A stretch of 64,000 nucleotides of DNA from Candidatus Nanohalarchaeota archaeon (GCA_017610385.1 JAFCCC010000002.1:112424-176423); one strand, 5' to 3'; numbered from the stretch's first letter, positions 1 through 9,902 are shown. Made by a program: numbers and translations. Notes: generated by a model from the letters alone, not told the origin.

Positions 1-2
1 GG

Positions 3-1073
3 TTGAGTTTCCCTCTTTCAACAGAGTTTATTTCTAAGTTTATTAAAGGAAAGAAAGAAGTTTTAATTTTGGAAGAATTAGAATCTGTTTTGGAATCAGA
101 AATTAATGCAATTGCCAAAAATGTTAATCCAAAAATAATTGTGCATGGAAAGGATATTTTGCCAAATTATGGAGAATATACTCTAGAGCTTCTTGCTCCT
201 GCTTTTGAAAAGATTTTCAAAAAGAAATTAGGAATTAACTTTAAGAAACAGCAAAAAATGGTTAAAAAAGTAGATGAGAATTTGCCACCGAGAAAACCAG
301 TTTTTTGTCCGGGTTGTCCTCATAGATCTACCTTTTATGCAGTTAAACAAGTTTATGGAGATAATGCGATTTATGCGGGAGATGTGGGTTGTTATGTTTT
401 AGGAATATTTGAACCATATAAAACAATTGATTTTATGATTAGTATGGGTGCCAGTTTAGGTTTGGCGCATGGAATTTCTAGAGTAAGTGCGCAAGATATT
501 GTTGCATTTATTGGTGATTCTACATTTTTCCACGCAGGATTACCTGCTTTAGCAAATTTGAAATTCAATGACGGAACTTCTCCATTGATTGTTGTTTTAG
601 ATAATAGCGTAACTGCAATGACCGGTCATCAACCACATCCAGGAACAGGAAGAACTGGAATGGGGGACATAACAGAAAAGATCAAAATTGAAGACGTTGC
701 AAAAGCTATGGGTGCTGAAGTTAGAGTTGCTAATGCATTCAATCAAAAACAACTAATTGAAACAATAAAAGAAATGAGAAAAATGAAGGGATTAAGGGTG
801 TTGGTTAGTAGAGGAGAGTGCAGATTAGTTACAAAACGTAAATTTGAGAAACAAGGAATACCTTTACCAGTATTTGAAATAGATCCGGAAAAATGCGTCG
901 ACTGTGAAAAATATGCTAATACTTTTGCTTGCCCAGCAATAACTAAAGTTAAAGATACAAAAGGTGGTGAACCAAAATATGAAATCGATCCTGATCTTTG
1001 TTTAGGTTGTGGTGTATGTATGCAAGTATATCCAAAAGGAGCAATACGTGTTAAAAAGGTGAATAAAAAATGA
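3..1073 (+). CDS. iorA: Indolepyruvate:ferredoxin oxidoreductase alpha subunit (5'-truncated by the window edge)
   Basis: P-x-FCPGCPHR motif, GDVGC, TPP-binding GDSTFFH...DN..TAMTGHQPHP, C-terminal ferredoxin-like domain; overlaps the beta subunit gene. Confidence 0.9.
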   Translation: MSFPLSTEFISKFIKGKKEVLILEELESVLESEINAIAKNVNPKIIVHGKDILPNYGEYTLELLAPAFEKIFKKKLGINFKKQQKMVKKVDENLPPRKPVFCPGCPHRSTFYAVKQVYGDNAIYAGDVGCYVLGIFEPYKTIDFMISMGASLGLAHGISRVSAQDIVAFIGDSTFFHAGLPALANLKFNDGTSPLIVVLDNSVTAMTGHQPHPGTGRTGMGDITEKIKIEDVAKAMGAEVRVANAFNQKQLIETIKEMRKMKGLRVLVSRGECRLVTKRKFEKQGIPLPVFEIDPEKCVDCEKYANTFACPAITKVKDTKGGEPKYEIDPDLCLGCGVCMQVYPKGAIRVKKVNKK

Positions 1074-1687
1074 GTTTTAGTGTAATGTTAACTGGAGTTG
1101 GTGGAGAAGGAGTTCTAACTACGGGTGTTTTGCTTGCTAGAGCTGCCAACTTGGATAATTATTATGTTAGAGGTGTACAACTTCATGGATTAGCACAAAG
1201 AGGAGGAACAATTCCGACGTTCGTAAGATTCGGAAAAGAAAACGAAGTATATTCTCCTGCTATCATGCAGACAGATGCCGACCTAATATTAGCATTTGAA
1301 CCATTGGAAGCAATTCGAGCTACATATTATGCTAGTAAGAAAAAAACTACTTTTGTAATAAATGATTCACCATATATGCCTATTTACGGAAATTTAATGA
1401 AGTTATCATATCCGACTAAAAAAGAAGTTTTAAAAAGAATAAGCCCATTTTCCAGAGATGTGTTTATGTTTAAGGCGTCGGAAATGGGAGAAAAACAATT
1501 TGGAAAGACACTTTTTGGAAATATTATTATACTTGGTTTTGCAGTAGGTCATGGTTTATTGCCTCTTTCTAAAGAAGCAATTAGAAAAGCAATCAAAGCC
1601 ACAGTACCCAGATCTGTTGATCTTAATCTCAAGGCGTTTGAATCGGGCATAAAATATGGAAAAGGGATTGAAAAAATAATAGATTGA
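1070..1687 (+). CDS. iorB: Indolepyruvate:ferredoxin oxidoreductase beta subunit
   Basis: GVGGEG and HGLAQRGG motifs, FEPLEA.R; ATGA-type overlap with iorA. Confidence 0.88.
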   Translation: MSFSVMLTGVGGEGVLTTGVLLARAANLDNYYVRGVQLHGLAQRGGTIPTFVRFGKENEVYSPAIMQTDADLILAFEPLEAIRATYYASKKKTTFVINDSPYMPIYGNLMKLSYPTKKEVLKRISPFSRDVFMFKASEMGEKQFGKTLFGNIIILGFAVGHGLLPLSKEAIRKAIKATVPRSVDLNLKAFESGIKYGKGIEKIID

Positions 1688-1737
1688 AAGTAAAAACAAA
1701 GGGTTTTTTAAATACGCAGTACCATTCTTAAAGTCTT

Positions 1738-2346
1738 ATGTCCATTAAATACATTATATTTGATTTTGCAGAAGTTTTTGCTAAAGGGCTTATTGGCATA
1801 GAAAAATCTATATTTGAAATTACCGGGATTCCTGAAAAATTAATTGAGAAACATTTGAGACACGAAGAACTTTATTTATTTTTTAGAGGTAAATTAACAG
1901 AAGAGCAATACTGGAAAAAAGTTATTAATCGGGGTTTAAGTGGAATTTCAGTGGATGAACTTAAGAAAATTATAAGATATAATTTTGACGAGATTCCGGG
2001 AACTAAGAGTCTTTTGGAAACTTTAAAAAAGGCAGGATATACAATAGGATTATTATCTGATATGCCAAAAGAATGGGCAGAACAACTTGTAGTTAAGTAT
2101 AACACTTTATTTTCCCTTTTCGATATAATACAGTGGTCTTATGAAATTGGTGCGAGCAAAGAAGATGAAGACGCATTTGAAAAATTTTTGAGAAAAAGTG
2201 GTTTTATTCCTGAAGAAACATTATTTTTAGATGATCGGGAAATTAACTTAAAAATGGCGAAAAAGCAAGGAATAAAATATACTATACAATTTAAAGACGC
2301 AAAAAGCGCTAAAAAAGAAATGTTGCTTTTGGGCATTAAACTATAG
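1738..2346 (+). CDS. HAD-superfamily hydrolase
   Basis: IIFDFAEV motif I, LLSD motif II, K and FLDDR..N motifs III/IV. Confidence 0.8.
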   Translation: MSIKYIIFDFAEVFAKGLIGIEKSIFEITGIPEKLIEKHLRHEELYLFFRGKLTEEQYWKKVINRGLSGISVDELKKIIRYNFDEIPGTKSLLETLKKAGYTIGLLSDMPKEWAEQLVVKYNTLFSLFDIIQWSYEIGASKEDEDAFEKFLRKSGFIPEETLFLDDREINLKMAKKQGIKYTIQFKDAKSAKKEMLLLGIKL

Positions 2347-2464
2347 TAGTTTACAAAAAGGAGTTTATTTTTATGCTTTAATAGTATGATTTTATATAAA
2401 ATAGGCGTAAAATTTAAAAATGTTAATCTAATTACATGTATTACAAAAAAATTATATTACTAAA

Positions 2465-2998
2465 ATGGTGAAAAAAATCAGTCAAAAAGCATCTGAAAAA
2501 CAATTGCAAGAAAAAATTAAAAAACTTCGAAAAGAGTTAGAAGAAAAAACAGATCTTGCCGAAGAGAGATTTACTCAATTAAAATATTTGCAAGCAGATT
2601 TTGAGAATTACCGTAAAAAATTTGAAAAAGAAAGAGAAAATATAATAGAATTATCTAATGAGAAGCTAATAAAAGAACTTTTGGTAATACTTGATGATTT
2701 TGAAAGAGCTTTACAATCAATAAAAGATGAAAAAAACAAAGAAGGTTTAAGATTACTTTACCAAAAGTTTTTTAAAATATTAGAACAACAGGGATTAAAG
2801 AAAATTAAAACAGTGGATAAAAAATTTGATTCATATTATCATGATGTAATATCAAAAGAAAAATCAAAAAAAGATGATGGCACTATTTTAAATGAAATTC
2901 AATCAGGATATATGCTAAAATCAAAAATCATAAGACATTCAAAAGTAAAAGTTGCAGATAATAAAACTAAAATTGATGTAGGTAATAAAAATGAATGA
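2465..2998 (+). CDS. grpE: Nucleotide exchange factor GrpE
   Basis: [27 protein letters not shown]; directly upstream of dnaK. Confidence 0.93.
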   Translation: MVKKISQKASEKQLQEKIKKLRKELEEKTDLAEERFTQLKYLQADFENYRKKFEKERENIIELSNEKLIKELLVILDDFERALQSIKDEKNKEGLRLLYQKFFKILEQQGLKKIKTVDKKFDSYYHDVISKEKSKKDDGTILNEIQSGYMLKSKIIRHSKVKVADNKTKIDVGNKNE

Positions 2999-4895
2999 TA
3001 AACCAAAAAAAGAAAGAATAATTGGAATTGATTTGGGAACTTCAAATAGTCAAGCTGCAGTTCTGATGGGTGGGAAACCTACTATTATACCGTCTGCAGA
3101 AGGCGTTACTCTTTACGGAAAATCATTTCCATCTGTTGTTGCATTTACAGAAAATGAGGAATTATTAGTCGGGGAACCAGCAAGAAGGCAAGCCGTCTCA
3201 AATCCAGAGGGGACCATAACAGGAGCAAAAAGAAAAATGGGAACTTCCTTTAAATATAAAATTAGAGGTAAGGAATACACACCTCAACAAATATCTGCTT
3301 TTATTTTACAAAAAATAAAAAGAGACGCAGAAGCTTTTCTTGGAGAAAAAATTGAAAAAGCAGTAATAACTGTTCCAGCATATTTCAATGATAATCAAAG
3401 AACAGCTACAAAGGATGCAGGAAAAATTGCAGGTATAAATGTTGTTAGATTGGTTAATGAACCTACTGCCGCGTCTATGGCATATGGAATAGATAAAGAT
3501 GGCGAGCATAAAATTTTGGTTTTTGATTTCGGCGGTGGAACTTTAGATGTTACAGTAATGGAATTAGGAGACGGAATTTTTAGTGTTTTGTCAACCTCTG
3601 GGGATACTCATCTTGGTGGACGAGATATGGACGAAAGTCTAACAAAGTTCATAGTCGATGATTTCAAAAGCAGAGAAGGAGTAGATCTTACTAAGGATGA
3701 TTCAGCGATGCAGAGAATAAACGAAGCTGCGGAAAAAGCGAAAATTGAATTATCAAACGTAGTAGAAACAGAAATTAATTTGCCATATATAACTGCAACA
3801 GATAAAGGTCCGAAACATTTGGTAATGAAAATAACTAGAGCCAATTTAGAAAAATTAGTTAAACCAATAATTGAAAAATGTGAACATCCACTACAACAAG
3901 CAATAAAAGATGCTAAATTATCAAAAGATAAAATAGATAAAATTATTTTAGTTGGTGGACCTACTCGAATGCCTATTGTTCAAAAATTTATTGAAGAAAA
4001 AATAGGGAAAAAAGCAGGAAGGGGTATTGATCCAATGGAGTGTGTCGCGCAGGGCGCAGCAATACAAGGAGCGGTTCTTTCCGGTGAAATAAAAGATTTG
4101 GTTCTTTTAGATGTTATACCCTTAACATTAGGAATAGAAACTTTAGGCGGTGTAAGGACGTCATTAATAGATAGAAATACTACCATTCCAACCAAAAAGA
4201 GTCAAATATTCTCAACAGCGGCTGATAATCAAACTGCAGTCACAATTCATGTTTTACAAGGAGAAAGATCAATGGCGACAGATAACACTAGTTTAGGACA
4301 ATTTAATTTAGTCGGAATTCCTCCTGCACCACGTGGAATTCCTCAAATAGAAGTTACATTTGACATTGATGCGAATGGAATTCTAAATGTTTCTGCAAAA
4401 GATTTGGGAACTGGCAAAGAGCAAAAAATAACTATTGCTGCATCAACAAAATTATCTGACGAAGAAGTTGAGAAAATGGTTAAAAATGCAGAAAAATATG
4501 AAGACGAAGATAAAAAAAAGAAAGAAGAAATCGAAGTTAGAAATAATGCAGATTCTCTAATATACACAACTGAAAAAACACTTTCAGATTTGGGAGATAA
4601 ATTAAGTAAAAAACAGAAGGATGAAATCTCAGCTGCTTTGAAAACGGCAAAAGAGGCATTAGAAGGAAAAGATATAGATAAAATAAAGAAAGAAACAGAG
4701 AATTTACAAAAAATTATACAAGAAGCAGGAGCTTCAATATATCAGGAAGCCGCAAAAAAAGCTGCAGAAGAACAATCAAACCAAAAAACAGAAGCAGAAA
4801 GTGAAAATTCGGAAAATAAAACCTCAAAGGAAAAAAATAAAGATGAAAAAGTAGTAGATGCTGATTTTAAGGTTGAAAAAGACGAGAAAAAATAA
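2991..4895 (+). CDS. dnaK: Chaperone DnaK (Hsp70)
   Basis: [44 protein letters not shown]. Confidence 0.98.
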   Translation: MNDKPKKERIIGIDLGTSNSQAAVLMGGKPTIIPSAEGVTLYGKSFPSVVAFTENEELLVGEPARRQAVSNPEGTITGAKRKMGTSFKYKIRGKEYTPQQISAFILQKIKRDAEAFLGEKIEKAVITVPAYFNDNQRTATKDAGKIAGINVVRLVNEPTAASMAYGIDKDGEHKILVFDFGGGTLDVTVMELGDGIFSVLSTSGDTHLGGRDMDESLTKFIVDDFKSREGVDLTKDDSAMQRINEAAEKAKIELSNVVETEINLPYITATDKGPKHLVMKITRANLEKLVKPIIEKCEHPLQQAIKDAKLSKDKIDKIILVGGPTRMPIVQKFIEEKIGKKAGRGIDPMECVAQGAAIQGAVLSGEIKDLVLLDVIPLTLGIETLGGVRTSLIDRNTTIPTKKSQIFSTAADNQTAVTIHVLQGERSMATDNTSLGQFNLVGIPPAPRGIPQIEVTFDIDANGILNVSAKDLGTGKEQKITIAASTKLSDEEVEKMVKNAEKYEDEDKKKKEEIEVRNNADSLIYTTEKTLSDLGDKLSKKQKDEISAALKTAKEALEGKDIDKIKKETENLQKIIQEAGASIYQEAAKKAAEEQSNQKTEAESENSENKTSKEKNKDEKVVDADFKVEKDEKK

Positions 4896-4977
4896 TTGTT
4901 CTCAAAAATGTAAATAAACCCGCATATACCATTATTGAAGATTAAAATTTATGAGTCTAAATATGAGTTGACGCTCT

Positions 4978-6090
4978 ATGACAAAAAAAGACTATTATAA
5001 AATTCTAGGCATAAGTAAAACAGCGTCACAAGAGGAAATTAAAAAAGCATTTAGGCATCTAGCTAGAAAATATCATCCAGATATTGCGGGAAAAGATTCT
5101 GAAGAAAAATTTAAAGAAATAAATGAAGCGTTTCAGGTTTTAAATGATCCACAAAAAAGGGCACAATATGATCAATTTGGTCATGCTGCATTTAAACCAG
5201 GAGATTTTAGTGGATTTAGATGGTCTAATTTTGAAGATTTATTTAGGGATTCTGGTTTTGGAGATATATTTGATATTTTTTCAGGGGCCAGAGGTAGAAC
5301 AAGAAATAATCCAGAACAGGGAGAGGATTTAAAGTATGAGTTAGAAATAACATTGGAGGATGCTTTTTCTGGTTTAGATAAAAAAATAAAGGTTCCTAAA
5401 GTTGTTCTTTGTGAAGAGTGCGGTGGTAGTGGTGCAAAACCAGGTTCTCTTAAAACCTGTCCAAAGTGTCAGGGCAGTGGTAGACTTAGAAGAGTCCAGA
5501 GATCCGCGTTTGCACAGCTTGTGAATGTTGTCACGTGTGATGAATGTGGTGGTTCTGGAAAAATAACAGAAACGCCCTGTAAACACTGCAATGGGACTGG
5601 AAGAATCAAAAAAACAAGCATAATAACTGTTAAAATACCCCGAGGAGTAGATAATGAGTCTTATTTGCGAGTTACAGGTCAAGGAAATGCAGGGTATAAT
5701 GGTGGTCCTTCAGGCGATTTATATGTGGCTATTAATATAAAATCACATTCAATTTTTGATAGATATGAAAATGATTTATTTTGCAAAACGACAATTTCTT
5801 TGGGACAGGCGATTTTCGGCACAGAAATAGAGATTCCAACCATAGATGGTAAAGCGAAATTAAAAATTCCTGTTGGAACACAAAGTCACACCATTTTTAA
5901 ACTAAAAAATCAAGGCATGCCTGACGTACACACTAAAAAAAGAGGTAATCAACTAGTAAAAGTTGTTGTAAAAATTCCTGACAAATTAAACAAAAACCAA
6001 AGAATCATTTTACAAAAATTTGTTGATCTGAACGAAGAAAAAATTAAAACAACAAAAGGATTTTTTGATAAGATAAAAAAACACATTTGA
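4978..6090 (+). CDS. dnaJ: Chaperone DnaJ
   Basis: J domain with HPD, four CxxCxGxG repeats, C-terminal domain. Confidence 0.97.
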   Translation: MTKKDYYKILGISKTASQEEIKKAFRHLARKYHPDIAGKDSEEKFKEINEAFQVLNDPQKRAQYDQFGHAAFKPGDFSGFRWSNFEDLFRDSGFGDIFDIFSGARGRTRNNPEQGEDLKYELEITLEDAFSGLDKKIKVPKVVLCEECGGSGAKPGSLKTCPKCQGSGRLRRVQRSAFAQLVNVVTCDECGGSGKITETPCKHCNGTGRIKKTSIITVKIPRGVDNESYLRVTGQGNAGYNGGPSGDLYVAINIKSHSIFDRYENDLFCKTTISLGQAIFGTEIEIPTIDGKAKLKIPVGTQSHTIFKLKNQGMPDVHTKKRGNQLVKVVVKIPDKLNKNQRIILQKFVDLNEEKIKTTKGFFDKIKKHI

Positions 6091-6126
6091 ATTAATTTTT
6101 CAGGCGTAATTCCTTAGCTCTGTGTA

Positions 6127-6867
6127 TCACATATATTGTGCGAATAACTCATTCTGTTTAATAACCTTTATTAAATCTCGGGAGAATCCTGTTTCTATAA
6201 GTTCACTTGTGTTTCCTATTGCTTCTTCAAAGTCTTCATCAAAATGTATTGAACCTAAAAAAGCCACATCAAACATTTTCAGTTGATTTTTCACTAATGA
6301 AAGATTTGTAGTTTTCATATTTTCCAGAATGCCTAAAATAGGAATCTTTAGCTCTTTCAGCAGTTTTAACATTTTTTTGACAATTTCTAATGTCACTTTT
6401 GATTGTGTAGTTACTATCAGGAACTCGATTTTTTTTATCAGACGAATTACGTCCATGGTTGTATCCCCAATGCCAGGGGGCATATCTATGATTAAAAAAT
6501 CTAATTTATCCCAAATAGTAATTGCTAATAATTCTATTAACGCATTTGAAATATCAATACCTCTTACAGGCAATGGTTTGTCGCTAGCATAATATATAAT
6601 TGACATAAACTTAATGCCATGAATTTCCGGGGGAATAACTCCATTTTTTTCTTCTGGGAAAACATTACCAATATTTAATATAGTATGATCTGATGGACCA
6701 CAAAAATCTAAATCCATCAAACCAACCTTATGACCGGTTTTAGATAAATTTAGAGCCAAAACAGAAGCAACTGAACTTTTACCAATTCCTCCTTTGCCAC
6801 CAGAGACTGCAATTATTCTTTTTATGTTTTTTAATCTTTCATCAATGATGTTTATCCTTGCGTCCAT
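6127..6867 (-). CDS. Mrp/NBP35-family P-loop ATPase (Fe-S carrier; hydrogenase-associated)
   Basis: SGGKGGIGKS, DLDFCGP, IDMPPG.GD, ENM; co-oriented with hypA. Confidence 0.88.
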   Translation of the reverse strand: MDARINIIDERLKNIKRIIAVSGGKGGIGKSSVASVLALNLSKTGHKVGLMDLDFCGPSDHTILNIGNVFPEEKNGVIPPEIHGIKFMSIIYYASDKPLPVRGIDISNALIELLAITIWDKLDFLIIDMPPGIGDTTMDVIRLIKKIEFLIVTTQSKVTLEIVKKMLKLLKELKIPILGILENMKTTNLSLVKNQLKMFDVAFLGSIHFDEDFEEAIGNTSELIETGFSRDLIKVIKQNELFAQYM

Positions 6868-6869
6868 AA

Positions 6870-7274
6870 TTAATTCACTCCTTTAATAGAATCTACCCAG
6901 ACTCCGCGTCCTTTTATTATTTCGAAATCTGGGCTTTTACACTTAGGACATTTGATATAAATATGAGAAACTTCAGGAACAAAATGAATAAGCTCTGCTT
7001 CATCGTCATTTAGACTTGCTAGAGCATCACGGAAATTCCAGACATGGTTACAAACTCTACATTTTAAAATGGCGTCTTCTATTTTGATTTTTATTTTTGC
7101 GTCTATTTTCTTGAATTGGGCGATTTCATGAAGAGCAAATTCAAAAATCTTCTGATCAATTTGCTGTAATTTACCAAGTTTAACACTAATTTCAGTTATT
7201 TTTTTGAGTTTATTTTCATTCTGATATTTAATTGCAGTATAAATTACTGCCTGTGCCAAGGACCATTCGTGCAT
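6870..7274 (-). CDS. hypA: Hydrogenase nickel incorporation protein HypA
   Basis: N-terminal MHE.SLA, two CxxC motifs (CRVC, CPKC) with an archaeal-type insert, GRG near the C-terminus. Confidence 0.92.
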   Translation of the reverse strand: MHEWSLAQAVIYTAIKYQNENKLKKITEISVKLGKLQQIDQKIFEFALHEIAQFKKIDAKIKIKIEDAILKCRVCNHVWNFRDALASLNDDEAELIHFVPEVSHIYIKCPKCKSPDFEIIKGRGVWVDSIKGVN

Positions 7275-7330
7275 AGTATATTACTCCAATCTGATTTGTA
7301 TTTTCATTAATGTAAAGGCATTTGACAAAA

Positions 7331-7609
7331 TTATTTTGGCCGCCAAGTGTATACGGCATCATGATGATCAAAATAGTAAACTTCTATAACCTTGCGATTA
7401 TGATCTATGTGAAATATCAGAACAAAGTGCTTATCAATATGAACTCTATTGAACTTATTAAGTGGTTTTCTTAAGACTTTGTAACCTGACGAATTTTTTC
7501 GAATTTCTTGTATTTTTTTATCAATAATTAGTAATTGTTTCGGATTCTTCTTTGCTAACTTTGAAAATATCTTATCAGCTTCGGGTTTGATTTCTAAATC
7601 ATACATCAA
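7331..7609 (-). CDS. RelE/ParE-family toxin
   Basis: 92 aa, basic; K.LRKPL....RVHI..FVLIF and C-terminal HHD.VY; downstream of a small putative antitoxin. Confidence 0.78.
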   Translation of the reverse strand: MMYDLEIKPEADKIFSKLAKKNPKQLLIIDKKIQEIRKNSSGYKVLRKPLNKFNRVHIDKHFVLIFHIDHNRKVIEVYYFDHHDAVYTWRPK

Positions 7610-7626
7610 TTACCAGCTCTTTTTTA

Positions 7627-7863
7627 TCAACTTCTTAGTCCATATCGCTTTGCAAAATTAGTGACTTTTATACTTTTCTGCTTTTTAATTTCTTTTATTT
7701 TTAGAATAAATTCAGGTTTCAATTCCGGCTCGTTTTCAAAGTCAATATATTCAGAAACCACAAATTCAATAGCGGCTCCCTTATCGTTAAGTCCAAATTT
7801 TGCCTTAACAATATTTAATACACGATTTGTATTATCATTAATTTCAACAAGTGCTTGTACCAT
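7627..7863 (-). CDS. Putative antitoxin (DUF2683-like)
   Basis: MVQA.V.I.D.TNRVLNIVKAK.GL.DK..AI and EPELKPEFI patterns; paired with the RelE-like gene. Confidence 0.72.
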   Translation of the reverse strand: MVQALVEINDNTNRVLNIVKAKFGLNDKGAAIEFVVSEYIDFENEPELKPEFILKIKEIKKQKSIKVTNFAKRYGLRS

Positions 7864-7950
7864 CTTAGTTCACCTAAGTTCGTATAATCTTCGCTTAGTT
7901 ATAAGCTTTTCTGTTAGGCCCTTTGTTTTATTTTGGTGGAAAGAATGTGG

Positions 7951-8043
7951 ATATAACACATCATGCGTAAACGAGGTTATGGATGTATAGAGCAATTTTG
8001 GAGAGTGAAGTGCAACGAGCGAACCGGTTAATTGTTGTTATGG
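7951..8043 (+). mobile_element. Degenerate attC-like site
   Basis: ATATAAC...GTTATGG ends with weak internal pairing (TAAACG/CGGTTA); lies upstream of the endonuclease III gene. Confidence 0.3.
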
Positions 8044-8145
8044 TCTCTGAACTAAGTGAAGGTCGAGAATTTTTCTAAAAGAAAATTCGGAGGAGCCTCA
8101 AGGCGGTGAGAAGTATTTAAAAGACTTCCATTTTATCTATGTAAT

Positions 8146-8832
8146 ATGTCAAAGCTCTATGATTTATTAAACAATTATTATGGCTCAAAAGGAGCGTGGG
8201 TAGAAGTAGAGGCAGTTTTCAAAGAAGAAGGAATACAAATTAATATGAATGATATGTATAATCCATTCAAAAACCTTATTATAGGTATTCTCTCACAAAA
8301 TACAAGTGATAGAAATAGCACGCGAGCTTATATTGGTTTATCAAACCAATTCAAAATAACACCCACTGAACTATCTAACGCATCAATTAATAAAATACGC
8401 GATTCAATTAAAGCAGGCGGATTATATAATATGAAAGCTAAACGAATCAAAGAGCTCGCACAAACTGTTTTGAAAAGATTTCATGGTGACCTATCTACAA
8501 TAACCAAATTGCCAAAAAATAAAGCGAGAGAAGCCCTGCTAAATCTAAAAGGAATTGGTGTGAAAACTGCTGATGTGTTTCTAGCTTATTGTATGAACCA
8601 AGATACATTACCAATAGATACAAATATTGAGCGCGTTGCTAAACGAATTGGGATCACTAAATGTGGGGTAAAATATGGGGAAATACAAAAAGCACTCGCT
8701 AAAGTTATTCCGCCCATGCGACGTGCCAGAGGACATGAACTTTTAATCAGATTGGGAAGAGATTTTTGTAAAGCACAAAAACCCCTGTGTAACAAATGTC
8801 CTGTAATTTCTATATGCAAGAAACAGCTTTGA
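8146..8832 (+). CDS. nth: Endonuclease III (HhH-GPD glycosylase with 4Fe-4S cluster)
   Basis: LSQNTSD, LKGIGVKTAD helix-hairpin-helix, PIDTNI.R, C-x6-C-x2-C-x5-C. Confidence 0.9.
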   Translation: MSKLYDLLNNYYGSKGAWVEVEAVFKEEGIQINMNDMYNPFKNLIIGILSQNTSDRNSTRAYIGLSNQFKITPTELSNASINKIRDSIKAGGLYNMKAKRIKELAQTVLKRFHGDLSTITKLPKNKAREALLNLKGIGVKTADVFLAYCMNQDTLPIDTNIERVAKRIGITKCGVKYGEIQKALAKVIPPMRRARGHELLIRLGRDFCKAQKPLCNKCPVISICKKQL

Positions 8833-8852
8833 CAGGGCTGCCGAGCAATTGC

Positions 8853-9001
8853 ATTTAACATCGGGATTATACGAAGTTCAAATCCCCTCGTAAGAAAAAT
8901 CTCCCTCGACTTGTCAGAGTTGGAGATTTTTTGATACAGAGTTGGGATTTGAATTTGGGTCGAGAGCCTGCAAGGCTCGAGCCGTATAAGCCATGTTAAA
9001 T
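8853..9001 (+). mobile_element. attC-like recombination site (imperfect palindrome)
   Basis: ATTTAAC (RYYYAAC) and GTTAAAT (GTTRRRY) are exactly complementary; inner TTATACG/CGTATAA pair; central branched hairpins; the next ORF starts 17 nt downstream. Confidence 0.55.
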
Positions 9002-9017
9002 CCGCCTTAGTAGTGTT

Positions 9018-9434
9018 ATGACAGATGAAAAGTATATGAAAATAGCTATCGAAGAAGCAAAGAAAGGCGATTTTTCATTTGGAGTGGTGATTGTTAAAGA
9101 TAATGAAATTCTTGCCAAAACTCACAATACTGCATCATTAGATCCAACCGCCCATGCTGAAATAAATGCAATAAGAGAAGCATGTAAAAAATTAGGAAAT
9201 ATAGATTTGAGCGGTTGCACTTTGTATTCTACTTGTGAGCCTTGCCCGATGTGTTTTACAGCTTGCTGGTGGGCAAGAATTTCTAAAATAGTTTATGGGG
9301 CAGAAGGAGAGGATGTCCCAGAAGATGAATGGAAAATCGACGTTAAGTGTAGCTATTTGAATGAAAAATCTGGAAATAAAATAGAAATTAAGGGCGGATT
9401 TCTAAGAGATGAATGCCTTAAATTGTTTAACTAA
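9018..9434 (+). CDS. Zn-dependent nucleoside/guanine deaminase (CDA/TadA superfamily)
   Basis: HAEINAIR and EPCPMC zinc motifs. Confidence 0.9.
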   Translation: MTDEKYMKIAIEEAKKGDFSFGVVIVKDNEILAKTHNTASLDPTAHAEINAIREACKKLGNIDLSGCTLYSTCEPCPMCFTACWWARISKIVYGAEGEDVPEDEWKIDVKCSYLNEKSGNKIEIKGGFLRDECLKLFN

Positions 9435-9597
9435 TTTTCGGAAACTCAAATTGGATATAACAATTTATATACGTAATTTTATATCTAATTTAAGTGTATA
9501 AAACTATATGGGCGAACTTGAAACGTTGAATTTGGAATTCTTTTATCTATCTGATCTTTAGAATGCTGGGAGACGAGATTCAAACGCAACTGCGGTC

Positions 9598-9662
9598 AGT
9601 TGCATCAACACGTAAAACTCTTACGAGTTTTCCTAACTTGTGAACAAAATTCACAAGCACAG
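9598..9662 (-). repeat. Dispersed hairpin element F, copy 1 (core)
   Basis: Reverse complement matches 17455-17519 at 63 of 65 nt; contains hairpins CTTGTGAA/TTCACAAG and AAAACTC/GAGTTTT. Confidence 0.9.
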
Positions 9663-9689
9663 CGGATTACTGCGTAACTTACTTCACTT

Positions 9690-9719
9690 TTCGCTTAAGC
9701 CTTTTGTTAAAAAGGCTTA
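9690..9719 (-). repeat. Palindromic module B, just 3' of tRNA-Leu
   Basis: Minus strand reads TAAGCCTTTTTAACAAAAGGCTTAAGCGAA, matching module B in the arrays near 28.7, 30.5 and 63.9 kb. Confidence 0.85.
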
Positions 9720-9722
9720 TTT

Positions 9723-9805
9723 TGCGAGGGACGAGATTTGAACTCGCGGACTCCTACGAGACTAGGCCCTCAACCTAGCGCCTTTGACCACTTGGCTACC
9801 CCCGC
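9723..9805 (-). tRNA. tRNA-Leu(GAG), no intron
   Basis: GCGGGGG/CCCTCGC-A acceptor; anticodon arm CTAGG-TTGAGGG-CCTAG; long variable arm; GTTCAAATC T loop. Confidence 0.95.
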
Positions 9806-9872
9806 AACTGAAACGCCAGCTGGTACCAACAGCGAATTATTAATATAACTCATTTTCATTTTCAGTTTAATT

Positions 9873-9902
9873 TTCGCTTAAACCTTTTACTGAAAAGGTT
9901 TA
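9873..9902 (-). repeat. Module B variant upstream of tRNA-Leu
   Basis: Minus strand TAAACCTTTTCAGTAAAAGGTTTAAGCGAA, with a compensatory stem change relative to module B. Confidence 0.75.
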
